A DNA stretch of 64,000 nt from Eledone cirrhosa (Eukaryota): assembly GCA_964016885.1 (NCBI GenBank), contig OZ024740.1, forward strand, positions 240,436,001 to 240,500,000. Direction: 5' to 3'. Made by a program: the position numbers and the translations under genes. Positions 25,296 to 39,192 of the stretch are shown here, piece after piece. The notes under the pieces are model-generated. The model saw only the letters and a program-made list of their open reading frames with translations. It ran no database searches and had not been told where the DNA came from. How positions within the stretch are numbered: position 1 is the stretch's first letter; every line of letters starts with the position of its first letter.

Positions 25296-28109
25296 CCAGG
25301 AGCTGGATCTGTGTGTTTCCAACACCATGTTCCACCAAAAGAACAAATTTAAGACTACATGGATGCATCCTGCATCTAAGGAATGGCATCTTTTGAACTG
25401 CATCCTAGTCAGGATGCGTGACAGACGGGATGTGCAGTGTGTTCGGGCTCTTCGTGGAGCTGAGTGCTGGACGGACCACCGCCTGGTACGCGCAAAAGTG
25501 AAACTAATCACTAAACGTAAAATCCGGGCTCCTGGTATTGCCCTGCCCAGAATATTGAATGTTGCTCGTCTTAGGGATAAAAATGTGAAGAGGACATTGC
25601 GAGAAGAGATGCAGGCTGCAGATCTTGGTGACGATTGGCCGACCCTTAAAAAGTCGGTTTATGATGTAGGCAGGCGTGTTCTGGGATTGGTGCAGAGAAA
25701 ACATCAAGACTGGTTTAATGAGAATGATGAACATATAGAATACTTGTTGGCTGATAAGAGGCGTGCTCTATCACGCTACTTGACGGCAAACCCACAGGAG
25801 AATAATATGTTGCATAAGGAACTCAAGGATGTGAAATCACGTGTTAGGCGAAGTCTGTCTCAGATGAAGTATCAGTGGTGGAGTGAGAAGGCTGATGAGA
25901 TACAAACTGCGTCAGATTCCAATAACACAAAGCTGTCTCTTGCGTGAAGTTTATGGACCGTCTTCTTCTCTGGTGACACCGCTTCGCAGCAAGGATGGCA
26001 AAGAACTTCTTCGTGACTCACAAGGAATTCTACGAAGGTGGCGAGAGCACTTTCATGAGCTTTTGAATCAGCCGTCTGTCGTCAATGAAGATTTCCTCAA
26101 TCTCTTTCCAGAAAGTCCTGTGAAAGTAGCTCTCGCAGAACCTCCGACGCTTGTGGAGGTTGCAGTGGCTATCTCGAAGCTGAGCAGTGGAAGGTCTCCA
26201 GGTATGGAAGGCATACATGCAGAGCTCCTACAATATGGTGGTGAGAGACTCCTCTTTGTTTGGCAGAATATGGGCTAATGAATCCATACCTGAGGACTGG
26301 AAAGGTGCAGTAATGGTGGTCTTGTACAAGGGAAAGCGTAACAGGAATGATTGTAGGAACTACAGAGGTATATCATTGCTTTCTGTCGTAGGGAAAGTTT
26401 TATGTAGGGTGCTTCTGGACCGTCTGCTGACACACATTGCAGATTGTGTTCTTCCTGAAAGTGAATCTGGTTTTCGTGCTGGACACGGCACTACTCATAT
26501 GATCTTCTCAGCTAGACAGCTCCAGGAGAAGTGCATGGAACAAGGTTTCGATCTGTATCAGGTTTTTGTTGATCTGACAAAAGCTTTCGATACTGTTAAC
26601 AGAAATGCATTATGGAAGGTTCTCCAGAAACTTGGTTGCCCTGATAAGTTTCTTTCTTTAGTTAGGTCTTTCCATGACGATATGAAGGCTTGGGTTAATG
26701 TCGGAGGTAACATGTCGGAGCCTATCTCAGTAAAAAATGGAGTGAAACAGGGAGATACTCCAGCACCGACCCTGTTTGCCATATACATTGCAATGGTTTT
26801 CTATATTGCATTCAGGAATTGCGAGCATGGTGTTTACATCCGATATCGAAACTCAGGCAGCATATTTAACATCAGGTGCTTTGCTGCAAAGACAAAAGTA
26901 TTTACATCAATCATAAGAGACCTCTTGTATGCAGATGATTGCGATCTTGTAGCGCACACAGAAAGTGATATGCAGCACATTTTGAATGCATTTTCTGATG
27001 CTTGCACTGCTCTAGGATTGGCTGTCAGTCTCAGGAAAACCGTCGTCATGTACCAACCTGCCCCTGGTAAGCAGTACACTGAACCAAATATCTATGTGTA
27101 TGGTAAACGACTTGGAGTGGTTGATCAGTTTGTCTACCTGGGAAGCACTGTCAATCGATACAGCAACCCTGATAATGAAATCCCACTCAGGATTAGGAAA
27201 GCAAGTGATGCTTTCGGGAAGCTAGAAAGGCGACTCTGGGGTCGGCGAGACATATGCAAGAAGACAAAGGTAAAGGTGTACAAGACATGTGTGCTCTCTT
27301 CTCTTCTTTATGCCTGCGAGACCTGGGTCACATATCGACACCACCTGAAGCAATTGGAGCGTTTCCATCAGATGTATCTCAGACGGATCCATGGCGTTCA
27401 CTGGAGGGACCACATCAGTGATGTCGAGATTTTGGAAAGCTCTCTGTATGACAGTATAGAAGCTCTTGTGCTTAAGCAACGACTCCGTTGGAGTGGTCAC
27501 CTTGCCAGGATGAAGGATTCTAGAATACCAAAACAACTCTTTTATGGAGAGTTAGTTAAAGGAAAACGACTGCCACATAAACCAAAAAAGAGGTATAAGG
27601 ATTCCCTGAAAGCCTCTTTGAAAGACGCTAACATCTCTGCTGATACATGGGAAAATGTTGCTGCTGATCGTAATAAATGGAGAAAGAGTGTATGTGAGGG
27701 GAAAGTTGCCTTTGAGGCATCTCGAATCGCACACGAGAAAGTAAAGCAGGATGTGAGGAAGGGCATTGCTGTTGCATTTCCAGACGGCGAAAGTCCTCCT
27801 ATAGCGCTGACATGCAGCGTCTGTGCGAGACTCTGTCTAAGCAAAGCTGGACTCGAAAGTCATCTTCGCAGTCATAAAGTAAGACCAGTGGTTGACTACC
27901 AGGCTGCTGTTGGAGATGCTACTCATCAAGCTTTCCAAGCATGTGGTAGAGAATGTAAATCAGCAGGAGGGCTCAAACGACATGCAAAAGTACATGAACT
28001 CCAGCCACAGCCGGCTATTGCCAGTGAATGTTTTGGTTGCCAACTCTGTGCAAGACGTTTTAGATCATTGGCTGGGCTAAAAAGCCACATTCGATCGCAG
28101 CGCTGTTAA
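25294..28109 (+). mobile_element. 5'-truncated RTE LINE; RT region open for >600 aa; frameshifts near 25940 and 26260
   Basis: TWMHPASKEWHL, NYRGISLLS, FVDLTKAFD, GVKQG, LYADD, and three C2H2-like fingers at the C-terminus. Confidence 0.93.
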
Positions 28110-28251
28110 TTGATATGATGTGTGTGTAGATATGTTTATGTGCGCGTCTGTGTGTATATATATATATGTATATTATTATTGTTGTTGTTGTTGTCGTTAT
28201 TATTGTTGTTGTTGTTGTCGTTATTATTGTTGTCATTATTATTATTATTGT

Positions 28252-28360
28252 TCCCGCCGAGGTTGACTTTGCCTTTCATCCTTACGGGGTCGATAAAATG
28301 AAGTACCAGTAATGCACTGGATAATTGCTGGCCTTGTGCCTAAAGTAGAAACAATTATTA
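28252..28360 (+). mobile_element. 5'-truncated SINE in a TTG/TTA tract
   Basis: same family core and tail. Confidence 0.85.
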
Positions 28361-28420
28361 TTGTTATTATTATGGGGTTTTTTCTCGTGCAATGGCCATA
28401 CTCGATAACGAGGGGGCAGC

Positions 28421-28706
<286 letters not shown>

Positions 28707-29099
28707 GATTTATTACCATAAATAAGAGTACCATAAGAGTACTGAAGCTGGCACATCATAGCACTAGCACCTGCAATTCTTGTATTTAATTTATGCAATT
28801 CTGTATATGGCTGGAGTTACTTTGGTAATACTTATGCATATATATATGATATGTACATAATTTCGTCTTCGCTCACTTATTTCTAGGAGAGTCGTGGGGG
28901 CCCAGCCGTCAGACATGCTTTTCTGAGGGTTCAATTAAAAGCAATTGTCTCCAAATAATCTGGCTGGATCTCCAAGCGGCAGCAACTAAACTTATAAATG
29001 CTATCCAACCATCCTGCTCATAGTCTAGCCCTGAGTCTCTTACCAGTTGGATTTGCTCATAAAATCTGTCCATTGATTCTTTTCTTAGACATTATAACC

Positions 29100-29560
29100 A
29101 TCTGGGTATATGATTTTTCAGTGCAGAGAAGTTGCAACTATACCTGGAGTGACTTCCTTATCTTTGAAGATGACATGTTGTTACTAATTCATCAGAATGT
29201 TATCTCCGAGTAGCAGCGATAGGTTTTCTGCAGAGTGGTGCATGGCAGGAATGAAAATCAGTGCTGCAAATACTGAGACATTTGTCTTCTCCAGAAAGCC
29301 TGTGCAGTGCGCTCTGCATGTGGCTGGAGTTCAACTGAAGCAGGTGGAGAAGATCAAGTACCTCGGGGCCATTTTCACGAGTGATAGAAAACAGAATACT
29401 AAATTAATTGCAAGGATTTCAGGAGCTAGTGCAATGATGCGCCAGCTAGGGCACCCTTACTTATGGTCATAAATCTTGAATAATGACCGAAAAAAATACG
29501 ATCACGAATACAAGCGGCCGAAATAGAGTTCCTACAAAAGGTCTTTGGAGTTATATTATT
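29100..29560 (+). mobile_element. old RTE-like RT fragment
   Basis: LIFEDDMLL, GMKISAANTE, QLKQVEKIKYLG. Confidence 0.65.
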
Positions 29561-31215
29561 AATTTCTGAATGAAAAAAAAAGGAAATTCTTACTGGTCTC
29601 GTATTGTGTCAGCAGAAGAGGCAAAAGGGTTTTAAATACTGTCAGGTTTCAAAACTCTACCCCGAGTTATGCACCTATTCAGCAACGTTACTCCAAGATT
29701 CGTAATTACCACGAACACCGAATTAAAAATAGCGAGTTTGGCTTTTACATATAACGCCCTTCTTCGAGTGCTGAAGCCAGCGCATTACAGTACCAACTCC
29801 TAAAATTCTTGCATCTAATTCAGCCTTATGTACACTAAGAAATATAATTGTTTGTGGTACATCAAATATTTGTAGTTTAATGTAAACCTCAACGATGATA
29901 AACTGCAGTGAGTGGTGTAAGGGAAATAACTCTAGTCTACTAATTTTAACGCAAAACCAGAAATTCAGATGGGAAGGGAAAGTTGATTATATCGACGCTA
30001 GTTTTTGTCGATTGTGGAAAGATGAAAAGCCAAATTGACTTCGGTGGGATTTGAACGTAAAGAACCAACACTGCTAAATATTTGTTCGACCCTCTAACGA
30101 CTCTGCCAATCTACCACCATATATTCTACAAATTAATACAAATGAAGCGTGCGAAGGAAGTGTTTTGTTTTGTTTTTTTAATAAAGTAAATTAAAACTGA
30201 TTTTAAAGAAACTGAATATCTTTTGGAAAATCTTTTGTTATAATTTACATTCAGTGTTTTTAAAAGGAATATTTTGGTTAAAATATAAAAATGTTTCTAT
30301 TTATAATACATCTCAGGGATTTGGGCACTTTCGGTGAAAAGGGACGCAACTCAACTCACCGTTTTACAAACTCGCGTAGAGAGAGAGAGAGAGAGATATC
30401 AACGTCCTGCATGCTTTTTCAGAATGAGATCTATTGTTTGTTTAGCCCCAGGTCGGTTTGATTGGGTAAATCTATGATCAAAAGCGTTCCAGCTAAATAT
30501 AAAAAGAGTCAATTCAAATTGCGTTCAGCCACTTACGTTAAGAGATACGGCGTCGTTGTTGAACAACATTTCACACATAAGTATAGATGTAAACATACAC
30601 ATACAACAGGTCAGAACACAGAGGAGCCAAACTCCCACTGTCATCACCTCCATCTCTCTCGCCCTCCCCATCTCTCACCATTACGAGCAAATGGGGCCCC
30701 ACGCACTTCCCGCCACAACCCCGGCCGACAGAATAGAGAAGGCGTTTCCCCGGAGGATGGTAAGGGAGATGCGCTAGAAAAGCCATTCCATCTCGCGAGG
30801 CTCCACCTTCAGCTAGCCAGCTCAGTGCCTATGGTGGTGAGTAGGGAGGTAGCCCAAAGGTCAAGGACACCAAAACGTATTTGTTGTTGTTGTTTTCAGC
30901 TATCGTGTGTTTAATACTACTTTAAAATGCCAGAATACGATTTAAAAGACAACCGGCTACTATTTTTAGCGGATCGAATGACCATACAGATGCTCCCTTC
31001 TTTGATACAATTGATGTTTCTGTAAAACGTCTGTTAAGTTCCAGAGTGACTCAATTGCGGGGAGGGAGCATCGATTTGGAGAGTGAATAGTGTGTCAAAT
31101 AGGTTAAGTTGGAGGTGGTAGATTTGTCAACTGATCCACTTGATATTTTAGAAAGATTTAGTCTTTTTATCAGATTCCTTTTAAAACGTTATACAAAATT
31201 CAGCATTATTTTTAA

Positions 31216-31586
31216 TGGCAGTATCGGTAGAGGGTCGGACGCCATGCTTTCCAGCATAGTTACGTCCCTTTACGATCTGAGTTCAAATCCCGCCGAGGTT
31301 GACTTTGCCTTTCATCCTTACGGAGTCGATAAAATAAAGTACCAGTAATGCACTGGGTAACTGCTGGCCTTGTGCCTAAAGTAGAAACAATTATTTTTAA
31401 ACGTCTGGATTGGCAGTATCGGTAGAGGGTCGGATGCCATGCCTTGAAGCATAGAGTTACCTCCCTGTACGATCTGAGTTCAAATCCCGCCGAGGTTAAC
31501 TTTGCCTTTCATCCTTCCGGGGTCGATAGAATAAAGTACCAGTAATGCATTGGGTAATTGCTGGCCTTGTTCCAAAAGTAGAAACA
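31216..31586 (+). mobile_element. two SINEs in tandem with nested TSDs
   Basis: attatttttaa at 31205; attatttttaaacgtct at 31390 and 31587. Confidence 0.9.
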
Positions 31587-32034
31587 ATTATTTTTAAACG
31601 TCTCCAAAGGATTTTTTTTTTCAACCCGTAATTCCTGATGGAATCGTAGTGGTGCCATATTGACATACGGCGTTTCTTGAGCATTTAAGAGCCTGGTGGG
31701 GCCCATCCCTCTCCAGGCCCCAAACGATATCAGGGGAGCTTTTTTCGGGAAGAGGGATCTATAAAGTTCAAGTACTATTTATTTAAAAGACTCAAATTGC
31801 ACAGACATTCTAAAACATTCAAGTAAAATACTCAATGAAATATTTCATTTGACATTGCAGCTAAATGCGAACGAAGTTGATGTTTGAGCTCCCTAATTCT
31901 GCTCTATTTTATTTTACTCTTTTCCTTAATCTACGCCTAAAGACTTTGCCTTTCAGTCAAGCATTGCACACTGTAACAATTTACATATTTCTTTCCTTTA
32001 TTATTTATTTATTTAATAGATTGGCAGTATTGGT

Positions 32035-32250
32035 AGATTGGCAGTATTGGTAGAGGGTTAAATACCATGTTTTGCAGCATAGAGTTATGGCCCTTTATGA
32101 TATGAGTTCAAATCCCACCGAGGTTAACTTTGCCTTTCATCTTTACGAGGTCGATAAAATAAAGTACCAGTCACGCACTGGGGTCGATTTAATCTACTTT
32201 CCCCTCCCCCAGAATTGCTGGCCTTGTGCCTATATAAGAAACCATTATTT
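32035..32250 (+). mobile_element. SINE, long variant
   Basis: extra ggggtcgatttaatctactttcccctcccccag segment, also present at 37812-38030 (-) and 53855-54072 (-). Confidence 0.85.
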
Positions 32251-32712
32251 ATTTATTTAAATAAATAAAGCATTATTTATTTATTTATTTATTCAATTCT
32301 TTCATTATTTGTCCCTGCTCCCCCTTTTTTATATATTTCACTTTACTTGCTCCCTTTCACCCCCTCTATCATTCATTTTTGTCACGAATTTTGTATTTAT
32401 GTATCTGCTTTTCTAAAAAATAATGTTTTGTCGTCGCCCCCCCCCCTCCCCACACACACACTTTTTCTTTTGTTTCTTTTTTTATAAATGCCACCAATCA
32501 AATTCTAACCAATTCTATACATTTTTTTCTCTTGTTTCTCTCCCTTTATAGAACCCATCCACCTATCTATTCCTCACTCCCTATCTATTACTCCCCTCTC
32601 TCTATCCCTCCACACACCTATCCATCTATTTATTCTCCATCATCTTTCTAATTCTCCCTCTTTCTATCCTTTTATACATCTGCCAACCATCTCCATACTC
32701 TCCCTAATTACA

Positions 32713-34810
32713 ATGTCTTGCTTCTACCTCCAGCACCCCAGTTAAAATACCCGCTTCCCATCAGCCATCCTCTTCGCGGAATGTCGACCAGTGCCACTCA
32801 TGTGCCACGTGCAACAGGCGCAAGAAAGGAAGGAACTGTACAAACTGTAACAGTTTCTTCCACTTTTCTTGCGTCCAACTTACTCGGCGCGCGTCGGAAT
32901 CCCTGCATCAGTGGCACTGCCCACGATGCCTATCCGTCTCTACACCACAAGTAACCACATGTACCCGATTCAACGGGAACCCGAACCTGCTCGGTCCGGA
33001 TGAGGCCCTAGTGGCGATCTGCCGCCTCAGTTAGTCACGGAGAATAATCGCCAGGATCCCAAAATCTGCCCACACTCTCTTGGCCGAAGCGTTAACGTCA
33101 TCTATCGGGCGGCCCGCAAGACTGGACCTAACTGTTTAGTTTTACGATCCAAGCACTCGGAATACCGATCGCAAGGAAACCGAAGGCAGGGGAGGAATTG
33201 TAACATTCCCTGACTTCGAGGCTCAAAGGCAATACCGCTTCCTTCTGCAACCCTTCCCCTGCGAGCTTCTTGGCCGCCACGTGCATTCCACAAGCGCTGA
33301 CTCAGCGCACGCAGTTCACTTCCAACTGCACGAAACGTCTCTGCGACAGAGTCAACCTCAAACAAATTGAAGGTGACATTTCGGCTGCAGTACGCATGCT
33401 GACCTCGAGCGACACTGAACTCCGGCCCACACCGGATATCCTAGAAGCGCTCCGTCATCAGGGACGTCCAATCCACGGCCAGTAATTTTTCCTTATCCGC
33501 GTCAAGTGAGGAGGTACTAGCTGGCCTCAGATAGAGATATTTCCCAAGGAACAACAGTGACCTGGTCAGCATCTCGCCACATGCTGCTGAGGCAGAGGCC
33601 TGCCTGCATCAGTCGATCACAACTTTCACCAACTGTTTTCTCTGCGCCAACCTGCCCTGTCATGCTCGCATTCTATTATTCTCAGCCAGTATGACCGCTC
33701 AGTAGAAGAATTACGGAGGCATCTGTCCCGTCGTAGTGAGCGACGTCTTCCGACGAATTGCAGCCAAGACAGCTTGCAAGTCAGTCAAAGATGACCTGAG
33801 CCAGGCGCCAAGCTCTGCCCAGCTAGAAGTGGGAGTCAAGTGTAGATGTGAGGCGGCAGCTTATACGGCCAGACATTTTATAGAGCAAGTATCTCCTTCG
33901 TTACTCAACCTCCTAGTGAAGGTGGACATAAGAAACGCTTTCAATAGCGTTAGGTGGGATCACGCCTTAGAGACGTGTCTTAGACGAGCCCCTCATAACC
34001 AAACAACGACGCGTGGCTCAATTCAGTGCCGTCTTCATCAACCGGTACCCTACTTGATGACGAGTGCACTCGCATTGGAGTTGCCCAACCCCTCGGCTTC
34101 TGCGTGTGTGAACCACATAGATGCTGTTGTGGAGCTGTCTTCGATGAGTTCGGCCTGCACCAACTATCAACCCGCCAGAGTTCATGCCGGTTCCCCCGAT
34201 ATGCCACTCTCAACGACATAACGAGAAGGAGCCTCAGTGCAGCCGTCTTCCCGTCACAATTGAATCCAGAAGGCCTCCTCCGCACGGCACGCGCCCCGGC
34301 GGAATTACCCTCTTCCCTTTCGAAGTGTCACATGCTGTGACACGTTCTCAGCCACAAACGTTGGTACGGTAGCTCGCAGTGTAGACAAGACAAGCAAATA
34401 CCAGAGTTTATCTGGCCGTTTCCTCTTTACACCGGTCGCCATCGAGACCACAGGTGTCATCTGACCCCGGACAGCTGACCTCCTCCGTAAAATCGGATAG
34501 ATAGCAATCTGAGGAAGGAACCCCACGAGATGGCCGTTGTAGCGGGTGTTGCTGACCAGTGTCCGCGGAAATGCCCTTGCCATTTTGTCCAGGTGGCACA
34601 ACCGAAACACCGCTCTGACTTAGATGTAGAGTATGTCGCCCTCTCTCCATCTCCCTTTCTTTCTTCCGTTGTCTAGTAGTCTTTCCTCTTCCCCTCCTTT
34701 TTCTCTCACTTATAGCATTTATAGTCCTTTCCAATATTGCTTTCTTTTTCTGTATGTTTTACCAATTTATTATATCAACAATAAATATATTCTATTTATT
34801 TATGTTCATA
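32713..34810 (+). mobile_element. decayed, internally deleted CRE-like non-LTR retrotransposon
   Basis: VFRRIAAK, QLxVGV..CEAA, KVDIRNAFNSV, PSSSTGTLLD, HRCCCG, RPGGITLFPF, FTPVAIETTG, RGNA. Confidence 0.75.
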
Positions 34811-34824
34811 CATATATATCGTGT

Positions 34825-35330
34825 ATCGGAAGGGTGTAGTGCAGTTGGGTCTCTAAGTTTAGGGTTACTCCAAGAAGCTGGTACAGATGAAGGACGTCAG
34901 TAAGGTAACCTTAAATCCCGGAAGAACTTGATGAAATGTTTGCAAACCCAGTCCGTACTACTGGGGTTGTATCCGGTAAAAGTTACAAACCCATCATCTC
35001 TGTACAGGCCCCCTCCAAGAGCAGGAAACCTTTCTATTAGTTTTTGAAGTATGTACAAGCCTATTAGGTCTGTAGCCTCCGCCGAGTCGATTGCTCCCAT
35101 ACTAACATCAAAGGGTGAGTTTGGGGTTCTTTTTATCCAGGTGGAGTTTTCAAAAAGCAAGACGGTCTTCCTAGCGTGTAGAATTATGTCGATTTCCTGA
35201 TCACTAATTGGTGTGATATTTCGGCGCAATCTATTGCGGCCTCCAAGAGTGGTTTAGTTATTGAGGCGTAGTAATTCTCAGTGTCAGCTGGATAAACGTA
35301 GTAATCTCTTTGTCAGCGATACTTTGGAAT
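34825..35330 (-). mobile_element. Naiad-type PLE reverse transcriptase fragment
   Basis: FIQ.D.ENYYASI, IILHARKTVL, FDVSMGAIDSAEATDLIGLYIL, GLYRDDG, FL.VTLNL. Confidence 0.8.
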
Positions 35331-35939
35331 TTTAAAAATATATCTGTGCAAAATTTCGCTTTTAAAATATGAATTATTAAGAAAGTCCAGGATTAGCTTA
35401 TTTAAATAATATCCAATATCCTCAACTTAGTTAACCCTGTAACAATAACATCTTTTGTTGTCTTATGTGTGTCTGTGTGTTGATGAACTGGCTGGTTGTT
35501 TCTTGTTTTTTTTTTTTTTGTTTTTTTTTTTTAGATAACTAACAAATAAGTTGTCACTTCGTTGACAGATATATTTGCCATTTGGTGAATTTGGATTATT
35601 CTTTGATTAGGGCGATCTGCAACTACGTCTGATGCCAATTCTATAGACCTGCTGACCGAAGGTCGCGATAACCATGCCTGGGGGAAAACACACACACACA
35701 CACACACACACATCCTAATATATTTTCTTGATAAATGTATTCTACCCACTCTCCACAATTATTCTATATCAAGTTGAACAGGCAGATACACTCGGATGCA
35801 CATAGACGTACACATACATATAAACACATACTAAGCTAGATATCTACACACAACCATTCCCTAACCATACATTAAAAAAAATTAACACCTATATGAAGAG
35901 AATTTTCAATTGGATAAACAATGTATGCGCTTATTTGGA

Positions 35940-36126
35940 CAAACCACACCCCTGACGACACAGCCAGTTCACCGCCAAGGCCTTCGGCAATCAGTCTGGA
36001 ACTAGCTGTTGAAACGGCAAGAGCTCAGCCATCGAGGTCCGAATCTTTATAATATAACCACACTCTACTACCCCAAGTAACGAGTACACTGTTGAGTAAT
36101 GGTCTAACCAAATTGAATCCATCCTG
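35940..36126 (+). mobile_element. family Y 3' end with a hammerhead-like core
   Basis: CUGACGA-c-ACAGCCAGUUC...GAACUAGCUGU-u-GAAAC; homologous to 56977-57025 (+) and 57068-57271 (-); ends at (TA)n. Confidence 0.55.
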
Positions 36127-36184
<58 letters not shown>

Positions 36185-36339
36185 GTCACTGGACCGAGAT
36201 CTTTGGCGCTACACAGTAATACAGAAGACCTGCCTTACCTAAGTACAAAGTGAAACCTACTACAGTCAGTAGGTACCTCTAACAAAATACACCCCCCGTC
36301 CCACTACCCCCACCCCATCCACACCACCCCTTTCAATGT

Positions 36340-36628
36340 AAAGTTATGTTGGTACCACAACATCCAGTCCGAAACAAATGAGGTCGTGTAGGTGTCACGA
36401 CAAAAAAAAAACACAGTCCATGCTGTAATGTGGCCGTGTAGGTAACACGGTAAAAACCTCCCAGACCCACACTGTAAACGTAGTTGGTGTTAGGAAGGGC
36501 ATCCAACTGTAGAAAACCTGCCAGACAGTCCTATGCGAGCAAGACAACCACTCTTGCCTCAAGTGGGAAAACTCCCATCCAAACCCATGAAAGCGTGGAA
36601 AATGGACGTTAAACGATGATGATGATGA

Positions 36629-36631
<3 letters not shown>
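36340..36631 (+). mobile_element. RTE-tailed non-autonomous element or LINE 3' end with ~37-bp internal repeats and a (GAT)n tail
   Basis: ...ccatg.aagc.tggaaaatggacgttaaacgatgatg; relatives at 37295-37490(-), 39555-39990(-), 45520-46003, 46125-46300, 56497-56900(-), 60700-60800, 61590-61695. Confidence 0.7.
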
Positions 36632-36668
<37 letters not shown>

Positions 36669-38087
36669 CGAGCTATAATCTAGACACTAGCGCAGAAAAG
36701 TTTGGGGACAGTGGAAAATCGATGAAATCGATCTCAATCTTCAACTGGTAGTTTATTTTCTCGACCTCAGAAGGATAAAAAGCAAAGTTGACTTCAGCAG
36801 GATTTGAATGCCGACGCTCTGATGATTCTGCTAATCCACCGCCCAATTATGTAGTATAATGTACTTGTAAGTGACTACAAAATATATTACAATATATTAA
36901 AATATATTACAAATATATTTTCTTCTTCACCGGTGTGTAAAAAAAAGAGTAATAAAAGTCAGATAATTCAGTAAATACCACCGTACAAATATTTCGAGAG
37001 ATGTTTGGGGGAGCTGGGCCGCTGACACGAAATTCTTGTCATAGTTGGCGGCTCACCATACCGAGGTACTAGGTAATACCCACGAGCGTGCTTGGTTGTT
37101 CTAGCACCTTACCCTCGCTATTACCCGCGGTAACGATGCCAGTGTTTTCACTTACTTCAAAAAGTATTAGTGGGAGGCTCCAGCACCCCTTATGGTGTGT
37201 GACAACTGATACACGTAGTCTTCACTTACGTAATATTATGTTTCGTCTTGATCCTATATTTTCATGTGAAATATTTATGTAATTAAGTATAGATATCATC
37301 ATCATCATCATCATTTTACGTCCGCTTTTTCCCTGCTTGCAGGGGTAGGACGGGTCTTATTCAGCACAGCATCTCTCCACTCGTCACGGTCCCTTGTCAT
37401 CTCCACCGTGAGCTTCAATGATCTGAGGTCTGTTCTCACCACCTCCGCCCATGTTTTTCGTGGTCTACCTCTACCACGTCTTCCTTCAACTGTATATATA
37501 TATATATATGTGTGTGTGTTGGTTTTTGTCAGCTATGACATTTGTGTTTGTAATTTCAAGATATCTATATCACTTGCATGTGTAAAGAAACCATGGCATT
37601 GTAAACATATATTTCCCATCCTCTAAAATGTATGACATCTGTAAATTTTTTTTTAATAAGCTAAAACTCAATGACGAATATGTGTTGTATTAGAATCAGC
37701 ATAAATGCTTGACATTCTCTGACCCTATCAGCTCTGTATAATTAGCACGTAAAGCAGTATGGCAAGGTTCTTGAAACATACAGAATTTACAAATGGTTAA
37801 CACAGCTAAAATATGTTTCTGCTTTTGGCACAAGACTAGCAATTTGAAGGGATGGGGAAAGTCAACTAAATCGATCCCAGTGTGTTACTGGTACTTTATT
37901 TTATCAACCCTGTAAATATGAAAGGCAAAGCTAACCTCAGCGAGACTTGAACTCAAAATGCAAAGGGCCATAACTACATGCTATAAAGCATGTTGTCCAA
38001 CGCTCTAACGACACTTTCAATCCACTGCCCCAAAATTAAAACATAAAGCACTATGAAAATAATCAAATAAGATATGGCATTGAAATA

Positions 38088-38119
<32 letters not shown>

Positions 38120-38381
38120 CTATATATCACAACTGAGAATAGGTTCATTCACTCAAACCATACTCAACCACCTTTTAGTAAATATACTGGAGGACAGAAC
38201 CCCACTTTTCAAGTGTAATATTTGAAGAAGCTGATAAAGCTTGACTTAAGAAGTAATTGAATGTCCTTAGACATTTCTTATCCACCATACAATTTCTTTT
38301 GCAATAGCCAGCAGACAGGAAAATTGCCTACCTTTCTTGGTCAAAGGAAAGCATCATGGTTATACCATGTTTATTTAATAA

Positions 38382-39192
38382 CTAGCTGAATGACCCGGTA
38401 TTGCCCGGGTTACTGCTGTTCTTATTCAGATTAGTAAACAATAAATATGAAGATATATTTTTTCTCATAATTATTTCAAAATATCTATATTTTATTAAAA
38501 AAAAATATCAAAATTGTAATGATAATAGAATTTAGAAATGAAAATCTGTTAATCTTGAAGCACCTCAGGGTAAACAATATTCATTGTGTAATTTTTTGTT
38601 GGTGTCCAAATGAATAAATTGTTGCTGCTTCCAACTCGTGAGCAGCCAGCATAAAGTTGACTGTGGGAGAAACATGTAGCAGAGAAATAAAGTCCAACTG
38701 TCTTGAGGGATTGACCCTGAGATTTATTAACTGAAATAACAAAACTTAGTTTGATTGGTAACTGAAGCCTCTTATATTCAACCTCACACACATATACTTG
38801 TCCGTCATTACATATGTACATCTATGTGTAGATGTGTGTGTTTAATTCTCTGTATATCTGATTAAATATTTATGTGAAGATGTATGTTTATGTAACTTAC
38901 TAAGTCCTAACATATGTAACGAATGCGCAAACACACAGTCACAGACACATACACTCATATACAAAATGTGACGTCGTCGTCGTGTTATAAAATATCCATT
39001 TACTTATAGTCTATAGTAGATTATTTTAGATAAAATGTTATATTGTTTTAATCCAAATGAAAATAAAAATTACATGCTGTTAATCCCGGGGTCTAATTCT
39101 ATTACTTTTTAAAATTTGATTTGATTTGGTCGAGCCATTTGGGTATGCATAAGGAAAAGACAGAGAGACAAAGAATTTTATATAGAGAGAGA
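38382..39192 (-). mobile_element. non-autonomous Helitron carrying a PIF1-like helicase C-terminal remnant
   Basis: 5' TC, 3' hairpin cccgggcaataccggg then CTAG, inserted at A|T; RLQLPIKLSFVISVNKSQGQSL...SHSQLYAGCSRV...NIVYPEVL. Confidence 0.9.

Noticed and set aside
30620-30880. GC-rich ORF-bearing segment
   Set aside because: No recognisable motif or splice signals; left unannotated
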